Shown one piece after another: positions 56,909 through 64,000 of a DNA stretch of 64,000 nt. Position 1 is the stretch's first letter; each line of letters begins with the position of its first letter. Under the pieces are notes generated by a model. The model did not search any database, had not been told where the DNA came from, and saw nothing but the letters and a program-made list of their open reading frames with translations. Both the position numbers and the translations under genes were made by a program. Source of the DNA: Bdellovibrionales bacterium (GTDB lineage Bacteria; Bdellovibrionota; Bdellovibrionia; Bdellovibrionales; JAGQZY01); NCBI GenBank assembly GCA_031426555.1, contig JANPLN010000025.1, positions 74,199 through 138,198 on the forward strand, given 5' to 3'.

Positions 56909-57631
56909 CTAGGCCTCTTCCTTCACTCGGTAGCCAACACCGCGAATGGTCTCAATCAAGTCACCCGCTTCGCCTAATTTTTTGCGTAAACCAAATACAT
57001 GCGTATCCACCGTTCGGCCCACGACGCTGACGCCCTCGCCCTGCACTTCCGAAATTAAACGCTCGCGCGTAAGCACTCGTCCTTTGTGGGCGAGCATGGT
57101 CGAAAGAAGTTTAAATTCCGAGGGGGTTAAATCTACTAACGCACCACCGACTCGAACTTCGTAGGTTTTTAACGACAACTGCACAGACCCCAACGTTAGG
57201 AGATCGATGGTTTGCTGGGCAGCTTCGACTTTGGGTTCTTTATTGAGACGTTGCGATCGACGCATCAGCGCCTGCACCCGCGCCCACAATACCGTGTTAT
57301 CAAAAGGTTTGACCATGTAATCATCGGCGCCTGAGTCCAGTCCCTCGACAATGTCTTCTGGCTCTGACTTTGCAGTCAGCATCAAAATCGCCAAACTCTT
57401 GCCGTTTTCCATGGCCCGCGCCACTTTTGCCACCTGCACGCCACTCACGCCGGGAAGCATCCAATCCAAAATTAACAAATCAAACTGATTGTCTTTGATG
57501 GCAAGCAGACCCTCTTCGCCATTGGCACAGTCTGTGACATCAAAGCCTCTGCCCGTGAGATTAAATTTTAACAACTCACGAATATCCTGCTCATCCTCAA
57601 CCACTAAAATATTTCCCTTACTTTGACTCAT
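56909..57631 (-). CDS. phoB: OmpR/PhoB family response regulator
   Basis: ILVVEDE, LDWMLPG, GADDYMVKPF, RTVDTHV..LRKKL, TIRGVGY; lies between phoU and phoR. Confidence 0.88.
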   Translation of the reverse strand: MSQSKGNILVVEDEQDIRELLKFNLTGRGFDVTDCANGEEGLLAIKDNQFDLLILDWMLPGVSGVQVAKVARAMENGKSLAILMLTAKSEPEDIVEGLDSGADDYMVKPFDNTVLWARVQALMRRSQRLNKEPKVEAAQQTIDLLTLGSVQLSLKTYEVRVGGALVDLTPSEFKLLSTMLAHKGRVLTRERLISEVQGEGVSVVGRTVDTHVFGLRKKLGEAGDLIETIRGVGYRVKEEA

Positions 57632-58341
57632 ACTTCCTCCTTTGTCTTTAGTCGGTTATCTACGACAACCGATCGACTGTGCCTCACATCTGAACCCGTT
57701 AAAAAGAAAATCACTTCCTCAGCTATATTGGTCGCGTGGTCCGCCAAGCGTTCCAAATTTCGAACCACCGAAAGCAAAGCCATGGTGGACTGAAAGTCTC
57801 CCACCGGCTGCTGCAGATGCTCGCGCAATTCTTCGCTGAGGCGATTGCGAAAGCGATCCACACTGTCGTCCACGGCAAGAACCTTTTGCGCGCGCTCCAA
57901 ATCATTTTCCATGAAAGCATCAAATCCATCGCGAATCATCCGCGTTACCGTGGATGCCATTTCGCGAATCTGTTGGACCGCAAGATTGGGCGACGACTGA
58001 AGATACTCTTCGATGGCATAGGAGTTATTTCGCACAAGATCACCCATGCGCTCCAAATCCACATTGATCTTTATAATCGCAAATACCAAGCGCAAGTACG
58101 AGGCTACCGGCGACTGGCAGGCCAATATACGAAAACAAACGCCGTCGATTTTTTTATGCAGTCGGTTGACCTCGAGCTCGATTTTTAAGATTTGCAAAAG
58201 TAAACTCTTATCGCGCAAGACAAGCGCCTTCATCGACGTGTCCACAGACTCTTCCACATAACCCGCCATAGTCAGTACCAAGGCGCGTAGCTCGTGAATG
58301 TCTTTTTCGGTTCGTGGAGCCACGGCTCTGAGTTTAGACAT
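57628..58341 (-). CDS. phoU: Phosphate signalling protein PhoU
   Basis: QSPVASYLR..IKINVDLERMGD and RNLERLADHATNIAEEV; GGAGG SD before ATG 58341. Confidence 0.92.
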   Translation of the reverse strand: MSKLRAVAPRTEKDIHELRALVLTMAGYVEESVDTSMKALVLRDKSLLLQILKIELEVNRLHKKIDGVCFRILACQSPVASYLRLVFAIIKINVDLERMGDLVRNNSYAIEEYLQSSPNLAVQQIREMASTVTRMIRDGFDAFMENDLERAQKVLAVDDSVDRFRNRLSEELREHLQQPVGDFQSTMALLSVVRNLERLADHATNIAEEVIFFLTGSDVRHSRSVVVDNRLKTKEEV

Positions 58342-59047
58342 GGATCCTCCCCGAGATAAAATCTTCGGTGTCGGCCTCTCGAGGCTTCGTAAAAAAATCT
58401 TCACAGCTTGTGCATTCCACCATTCTGCCGTTCTTAAGCAGGAGCACCTGATCCGAAACTCGTGCGACTTGCTCTAAATCATAGTTCACCCAAATCACAC
58501 TCATTGAATCTTTTAAAGATTCAATAACAGCTTCGAACAGGGCTTTTTGTACTGGGTCCAACAACAGTGTTGGCTGATCTAAGATAAGGACTGTGGGTGT
58601 TAATAAGAGAGTGCGCGCAAGGTTGAGCAGGGTTTTTTCGAAGGCGTTTAACTGGGATATTTTTTCGTGCAGAGAATTTTTAAAAGTGCTCCAAAGACCA
58701 ACGGTTTTTAAAACGCGCTCCACCTCTTCGGCCAAGTGCACTTGCATTTCCACACCCGCTAAACGACTTACGAGGGACAGGTTTTGAAAAATCGAAAAGT
58801 CGTCGATACAGGCATAACTTTTAGAAACCAACCCCAGGCGCTGATTTCCCACCATTTCGAACGTTCCAGTGACAGTGCCTTTGTGCAAACCCAAAAGAGA
58901 TTTTAAAAACAATCCCTTTCCAGAGCCTTGTTCGCCAATGACTGAGAGAGTTTCAACACTTTGTAAAATAAAACTAATATCTTTCAGCAAGAACTTTCCA
59001 TCGCGATGCAGGGAATAGTTTTTTAGAGTGAGTCTTGGAAACTTCAT
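58334..59047 (-). CDS. Degenerate PstB-like ABC ATPase
   Basis: GEQGSGKG; VE..LK.VGLW; C-terminal FTKPREADTEDFISGR resembles PstB; signature and Walker B altered. Confidence 0.75.
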   Translation of the reverse strand: MKFPRLTLKNYSLHRDGKFLLKDISFILQSVETLSVIGEQGSGKGLFLKSLLGLHKGTVTGTFEMVGNQRLGLVSKSYACIDDFSIFQNLSLVSRLAGVEMQVHLAEEVERVLKTVGLWSTFKNSLHEKISQLNAFEKTLLNLARTLLLTPTVLILDQPTLLLDPVQKALFEAVIESLKDSMSVIWVNYDLEQVARVSDQVLLLKNGRMVECTSCEDFFTKPREADTEDFISGRIHV

Positions 59048-59742
59048 GCAGACTCTCGTCGATAGGTTAACAGATGCAAACTGATCATTAAGCTCATCAG
59101 TAGCGCAAAGGCGTGGTACGTGAGCCCGGCCTCGACCAATCGCGGAAGGATGATTCTAAAATCCATCACCACTAAAATAAAAACGAGTGGCAATAAAAAC
59201 TTTTTAAGACAAATAAAAAAATAATTAATAAACGTCGTAGCTAAGTAAGGGCTTAAAACTTTGTGCGTGCGATAAAAATCGATTTTGTGAAAGCGCGCAA
59301 AGGCATAAAGACTGCGCAAGGGGCTTTTAGCAAAGTCAGTCCAATATTGAAGTGTTTCTAAAACCATCAGGCCTGTCAAAATCCATATCCAATCAAAAAA
59401 TTGCGGCATGCTCAAAAAAATACCGATCGAAAAAATGCCGATGTCCACGATGGGAAACGCGCTGATAAAGTGAAACAACTCTTTTAGAAACCACAGATGA
59501 TTTGTCATAGTCCCTAAAAATCTCCACACCAGCATGAGTATCAGCGTCACGCCTTGGCTGAGGGCACAGCTTGTAATGAGTATCAAACACGCTTTCAAAA
59601 TAATGCGCACAAAGTATTCGTCCACATCGTTTTTAAATTCGGTGAGCATAAGGTAACTGACGATTCCTAAAAAGATAACAATTGGCACCCAGCTGACAAC
59701 ACTCTTAACCGAATTATAAACAACTCCTGACGAAATCTTCAT
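59044..59742 (-). CDS. Divergent membrane protein, possible PstA/PstC-like permease remnant
   Basis: About 6 TM; ISAFPIVDIGIFSI resembles the permease L..IPSIV.GLFG segment; coupled to the pstB-like gene. Confidence 0.5.
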   Translation of the reverse strand: MKISSGVVYNSVKSVVSWVPIVIFLGIVSYLMLTEFKNDVDEYFVRIILKACLILITSCALSQGVTLILMLVWRFLGTMTNHLWFLKELFHFISAFPIVDIGIFSIGIFLSMPQFFDWIWILTGLMVLETLQYWTDFAKSPLRSLYAFARFHKIDFYRTHKVLSPYLATTFINYFFICLKKFLLPLVFILVVMDFRIILPRLVEAGLTYHAFALLMSLMISLHLLTYRRESA

Positions 59743-60500
59743 GTCCCCGCCTCCACCAAATCATGGATGACTCGGGAAACGGCAAAAAAACCAAACGCCC
59801 CTGCCAAATGTGTTATGGCACCCATGCCGCCACCACAATCCAATTTTTTGATTTCGGTGGAATCTTCTGGATAAACGTACTTTTCAGTGGAGTACACACA
59901 CGGAAGGGAAAACTTTTTATTTTTTAAACGTGGAAAGCCATAATCCGCGCGCAGTTTTTTGCGCATAAACGCGAGCAATGTGTCTTCGGTGCTGCGACTG
60001 AGGTCGTCGATTTTAATCTTACTAGGATCGCGCTTTCCGCCCACAGAGCCCAGAACAATCAGCTTCTTCTTCTGCGAGCGACAGTGATGGGCTAAGAAGG
60101 CCTTCCCCATTCCATTATCAAAAGCGTCGACAATGTAATCATAATTCGTTGAAAAAAATTTTTCCGCAGTCTCCGGTGAAAAACGATCATTGATCAAGTG
60201 CAACTGGCACTCTTTGTTAATCAAACGAATCCGTTCGGCCAAAACATCGATTTTAAATTTTCCAACGCTCTCATCAGTGGCCAAGATCTGCCGATTGAAG
60301 TTGCTCACACAGACATCGTCAAAATCCATCAGAGTGATTTTACCAACTCCGCTGCGAGCCAGTGCTTCCACAACCCAGGAGCCCACTCCGCCAACTCCGA
60401 TCACCGCCACATGGGCGCGCGCCAATTTGTGCAGTCCCTGCTCACCGTAAAGACGGGCCACACCGGAAAATCGATTTAAGTAGGGCTCAGATAGCTCCAT
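59739..60500 (-). CDS. tcdA: tRNA threonylcarbamoyladenosine dehydratase (ThiF family)
   Basis: RFSGVARLYG, IGVGGVGSWVVEALARSGVG, DDVCVSNFNRQ, CVYSTE. Confidence 0.92.
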   Translation of the reverse strand: MELSEPYLNRFSGVARLYGEQGLHKLARAHVAVIGVGGVGSWVVEALARSGVGKITLMDFDDVCVSNFNRQILATDESVGKFKIDVLAERIRLINKECQLHLINDRFSPETAEKFFSTNYDYIVDAFDNGMGKAFLAHHCRSQKKKLIVLGSVGGKRDPSKIKIDDLSRSTEDTLLAFMRKKLRADYGFPRLKNKKFSLPCVYSTEKYVYPEDSTEIKKLDCGGGMGAITHLAGAFGFFAVSRVIHDLVEAGT

Positions 60501-61263
60501 CAAACTCAGGCTCCTTGGATAACAATCGATTTATATTCCTAAAAGTGGCCTCTTGCAGCTGTTCTTGCGAAATATTTTTGCTTTCACACACCGCCCGCAC
60601 AACTTTAAGGTAAATATCGACGACGTCCTCTGGCCCGGTCTCTGGATCCACAAAAGCATCGCTTTCGATGAGGAGCGAATCCAAGGGAATTTTAACCACG
60701 GTTTCCTTAAGGCTTTTATAGCCGCGGTGGTACACGCCGCGGCCAACAGAAATCATGAATCCGATGTCGATGTAACTTCGAGCCACCTCCCACGAGCCAG
60801 AAAACCCATGCACCAGGCCTTTGTAAGAATAGGACTTCAAAAGTGATTGGGCCCTTTCGTGATCTTTGACAACATGCAATACAAGTGGCTTTTTATAGGT
60901 TTGATTAAGGTGGAGGTGCTGGCGAAAAATATCTTCGAGCAGATCTTTTTGCTCTTTTGTTTTTGCTCGGAACGCATCGAGGCCGGTTTCCCCCATAAAA
61001 TCTGCTTCCGGAAGTACTGTCGCTAGATGCTGCATTTGTTTTTGAATGTCTTCAGAACCCAAAGCTAAAACTTGCCAAGGATGCAATCCGAAAGATCTGT
61101 ACGTGTTTGGAAGATTTATCTTAAGTTGTTCGTCCCAATCAGCGGCATCGTAGCCAGCCATAACGCGGCCCAAAATATTTTCAGCGGCGCTGTGTTCGAT
61201 CAATTGATCGCGATCAGGTTTTTTAAAAGAAGATAGGTGGATATGGCCGTCGAACCAAAACAT
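60487..61263 (-). CDS. TatD family hydrolase
   Basis: DGHIHL, GLHPW, GETGLD, VLHV, VHGFSGS, LIESD. Confidence 0.9.
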   Translation of the reverse strand: MFWFDGHIHLSSFKKPDRDQLIEHSAAENILGRVMAGYDAADWDEQLKINLPNTYRSFGLHPWQVLALGSEDIQKQMQHLATVLPEADFMGETGLDAFRAKTKEQKDLLEDIFRQHLHLNQTYKKPLVLHVVKDHERAQSLLKSYSYKGLVHGFSGSWEVARSYIDIGFMISVGRGVYHRGYKSLKETVVKIPLDSLLIESDAFVDPETGPEDVVDIYLKVVRAVCESKNISQEQLQEATFRNINRLLSKEPEFDGAI

Positions 61264-61295
61264 GGCAAATCAAAACATAGAATCAGGATCTGCAC

Positions 61296-61331
61296 AAAAT
61301 AAAAGAGCACTTGTTTTCGCAAGTGCTCTTT
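61296..61331 (-). terminator. Intrinsic terminator after the small-protein pair
   Basis: aaagagcacttg...caagtgctcttt stem; T-tract on minus strand. Confidence 0.8.
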
Positions 61332-61353
61332 CGCAAACTTTGTAATCTAAAGA

Positions 61354-61521
61354 TTACTCAGCTGGAGCTGGTTCAGTCGCAGGAACTGCGTCGGCAGGTG
61401 CGGCTTCAGTTGGAGCAGATTCTTCCATTGCTGGAGCTTCTGCAGGAGCTTCTTCTTTCTTAGAGAACAAGCAGCCAGTTACTAGTAGAGTTGCGAATAA
61501 TGCGATTACGATTGATTTCAT
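61354..61521 (-). CDS. 55 aa acidic Ala/Pro/Glu-rich lipoprotein (not in ORF track)
   Basis: MKSIVIALFATLLVTGCLFSKKEEAPAEAPAMEESAPTEAAPADAVPATEPAPAE*; GGAG SD; VTGC lipobox. Confidence 0.85.
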   Translation of the reverse strand: MKSIVIALFATLLVTGCLFSKKEEAPAEAPAMEESAPTEAAPADAVPATEPAPAE

Positions 61522-61545
61522 AGTGTCTCCTAAATCGTTTGTTGT

Positions 61546-61809
61546 TTAGTGTGTTTTAGTTGGTGCTGTTGTCGGAGCAGTTGCAGCAGCAGCGGCGTCA
61601 GCTTTTGCTTTTGCAGCAGCAGCTTTTGCATCAGCTTTTGCTGATTTTGCAGTGGCTTTAGCTGCGGCTTCAGTTGCTTTAGCAGCATCGGCAGTAGCAG
61701 GTGTTGTTGTAGCTGCTGGAGCTGTCGTAGTCGTCGTCGTAGTTGCAGGGCTGTTTGCAAATGCAACAGTTGTCATTAGAGCTACGATAGCAGTTAGGAT
61801 CATCTTCAT
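61546..61809 (-). CDS. Exported Ala/Thr/Lys-rich low-complexity small protein
   Basis: GGAGG SD; signal MKMILTAIVALMTTVAFA; AAKA repeats. Confidence 0.8.
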   Translation of the reverse strand: MKMILTAIVALMTTVAFANSPATTTTTTTAPAATTTPATADAAKATEAAAKATAKSAKADAKAAAAKAKADAAAAATAPTTAPTKTH

Positions 61810-62061
61810 TTAGTTTCCTCCGGTTAGTCGTTGTTTACACTAGGCGATGATATTATTGAATCGGTGGTTTTAATGCTATGATTAAAGAGAGCTTTTTGCT
61901 GGGAGTCATGTTTTTTCATTGCCTACTGACTCGTTGCGTGATTCCAATTTGAAACCACTAAAAATTTCTGGAGGCGCCTTTTCATGGCCAATCTTCCGCA
62001 AATTCATTTCGAAAATCTTTACTCTGTAAAAAAAAACGTCGACAGTCTTGTTTGATGATTC

Positions 62062-62559
62062 TTACTGTACAGGCGTCTCTGGTTGAGCTTTGTTGTCCGA
62101 AGAATCTGCAGGTGCTTGTTCGTGCATATTGGACGGTGGCGCATCCGCTGGCAAAGCTCCCATGTTTTGATAGTCGCCGGTGCAATCTTTCATTTCGTTG
62201 AGACGAGCGCGCGCGAAAGTTCCACTTTTTTCAAAATCCCACGGTGGATACGGATAAAACGTCGCGTTCACGCAAATCCCTTTTTGCACCACTTCCCACT
62301 TCCGGTCCTCACCGCTGGCAGTGACGATTTTTCCGTCCAGCGTGCGAATGGCCACGGCGTAGGAATGCATAATTCCTGGATTGACCATTGTTGCATTGCC
62401 AACCACAAGATTGGGTTGGTTCACACGGCGAATTTCATACACCTGGCCTTCAACGGTTTTCGCAAAGATGTAGCTATAATTATTTACGACAACGATACCT
62501 ACGCCGCCGATCAACCCGAAGCTCAGAAGAATCATAAAATATTTTTTAATTGCTCGCAT
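62062..62559 (-). CDS. Membrane-anchored hypothetical protein
   Basis: N-terminal TM; FYPYPPW motif; start taken at MRAIKK just after the hppA stop. Confidence 0.7.
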   Translation of the reverse strand: MRAIKKYFMILLSFGLIGGVGIVVVNNYSYIFAKTVEGQVYEIRRVNQPNLVVGNATMVNPGIMHSYAVAIRTLDGKIVTASGEDRKWEVVQKGICVNATFYPYPPWDFEKSGTFARARLNEMKDCTGDYQNMGALPADAPPSNMHEQAPADSSDNKAQPETPVQ

Positions 62560-62563
62560 CACC

Positions 62564-64000
62564 TTAGCCACCAATCGTTGCGATAAGTTGCGCAATCATC
62601 AGAGAGACAACCGACATCACCTTAATTAAAATTGCTACACCAGGACCTGACGTGTCTTTGAACGGATCGCCCACAGTGTCGCCAACAACGGCGGCTTTGT
62701 GGGTTTCGGAGCCTTTTGGATGCCCGGGAAGCCCGCCTTTTTCGATAAACTTTTTAGCATTATCCCAAGCACCACCGGCGTTGGCCATAAACAAAGCCAT
62801 AGAAGCTCCAACAGCCAAAGCACCAGCGAGCATTCCCGCAAGGGCTTGTGGTCCCAACAAATAGCCTGTGGCCACTGGCGCGAGCACCGCAATCAAACCC
62901 GGAACTACCATTTCATAGAGGGCAGCTTTCGTTGCGATATCCACAATCTTTGCAGGCTCAGGCTCTGCTTTGCCTTCCATCAAACCTGGAATTTCTTTAA
63001 ACTGACGGCGAATCTCTTCAACGATTTTTCCCGCTGCTTTTCCAACCGCTGTCATCGTTGTGGAGCCCACAAGAAACGGAAGAATAGATCCCAATAAAAT
63101 TCCTATCAACACGCCAGAGTTTGTGAGCTCTAAAGACATGGCCGCCATATTGTTTAAGGCGCGCGTGTGATTGACTTCCATATTGAAGGCTGAGAACAAC
63201 GCAAGCACTGTGAGAATTGCCGAGCCAATAGCAAAACCTTTTCCGATGGCCGCTGTTGTGTTTCCAACCGCATCGAGTTCGTCGGTGATATCGCGAACAT
63301 CTTTTCCAAGGCCGCTCATTTCAGAAATTCCACCGGCGTTGTCGGCGATGGGTCCGTAAGCATCTACGGTCATAACAACCGCAGTTCCTGCTAGCATTCC
63401 AACCGCAGAAAGGGCGATACCGTAAAGACCCAACGCTTGATCCGCAATGTAAGCGGCGATCACAACAATGATTGTTGGAATCGCAACGGATTCCATGCCT
63501 ACTGCTAAACCGCGAATCACCGCAGTGCCAGGTCCGGTTATTGCAGCCTCTGCAACTAAACGAACAGGGCGAGCGGCCGTGTAGTACTCAGTGATCAAAC
63601 CAATCAACGCGCCACCAAAAGCACCCGCAGCGAGAGCAATGGTCACATTTTGTGAAATCCCATACATGGGTAAAAATACGGCGCAAAAAGCAGTTAACAA
63701 AATCGGCGGTACCATAAGACTTGTGCGCAAAACCACCGCAGGGCGCATGGACGAACACATTCGCGCTGCAAAAATCACAAGGATAGAAATTCCCATACCA
63801 ATGGCCGATAAAACCAGCGGCAGCATCGTCGCCACAAGCTGAGAGCTTTCAGTCGACGAGGTGATCAACGCCGAAAGTTTGTCAGACGAAATTGTCAATG
63901 CAATGGCCATGGCCGATACAATGGCTGCCACCATGGACTCATAAATATCCGCGCCCAGTCCCGCAACGTCGCCCACGTTGTCACCAACGTTGTCGGCAAT
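62564..64000 (-). CDS. hppA: Membrane-bound ion-translocating pyrophosphatase, K+-dependent type, 5'-truncated
   Basis: [44 protein letters not shown] (Ala variant), [23 protein letters not shown]. Confidence 0.96.
   Translation of the reverse strand: MADNVGDNVGDVAGLGADIYESMVAAIVSAMAIALTISSDKLSALITSSTESSQLVATMLPLVLSAIGMGISILVIFAARMCSSMRPAVVLRTSLMVPPILLTAFCAVFLPMYGISQNVTIALAAGAFGGALIGLITEYYTAARPVRLVAEAAITGPGTAVIRGLAVGMESVAIPTIIVVIAAYIADQALGLYGIALSAVGMLAGTAVVMTVDAYGPIADNAGGISEMSGLGKDVRDITDELDAVGNTTAAIGKGFAIGSAILTVLALFSAFNMEVNHTRALNNMAAMSLELTNSGVLIGILLGSILPFLVGSTTMTAVGKAAGKIVEEIRRQFKEIPGLMEGKAEPEPAKIVDIATKAALYEMVVPGLIAVLAPVATGYLLGPQALAGMLAGALAVGASMALFMANAGGAWDNAKKFIEKGGLPGHPKGSETHKAAVVGDTVGDPFKDTSGPGVAILIKVMSVVSLMIAQLIATIGG

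Noticed and set aside
61530..61766. 78 aa Gln/Leu-rich ORF
   Set aside because: Alternate frame of the Ala/Thr/Lys-rich gene at 61546-61809, which has the SD and signal peptide

Overview
Bacterial chromosomal segment of moderate GC, densely coding, most likely from a Bdellovibrionota (Bdellovibrio-like predator). This taxonomy is an inference from the FQNC-type lipobox, many exported proteases and lipoproteins, and gene content. Housekeeping genes include mtnN, arfB, a GT9 heptosyltransferase with waaA, trpS, lemA with two TPM genes, nrdAB, folE2, pdxJ, sufE, phoU-phoB-phoR, tcdA, tatD and hppA. They are interspersed with exported hydrolases (zincin, trypsin-like, S8, M13). No rRNA, tRNA, CRISPR array, integrase or transposase was seen. 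Six items stand out. (1) An AT-rich island (~40.25-45.5 kb) holds a PhcB-like signal methyltransferase, a membrane-sensor class III nucleotidyl cyclase, a fatty-acid desaturase and a chimeric histidine kinase; this is a candidate fatty-acid-ester signalling system with cyclic-nucleotide output. (2) A family of non-coding fold-back elements has 52-57 bp copy-specific stems and a conserved branched core with GGA hairpin loops; it occurs as inverted pairs around unique spacers at two convergent intergenic sites. (3) A ClpA/B-like AAA+ ATPase carries a signal peptide. (4) A catalytically degenerate PstB and a permease-like gene sit in the pho operon. (5) A candidate sigma54-driven ~65 nt sRNA contains an anti-SD motif. 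(6) An MMPL-LolA-like fusion has a possible internal start. All functional calls come from motif recognition by eye; no database searches were run.
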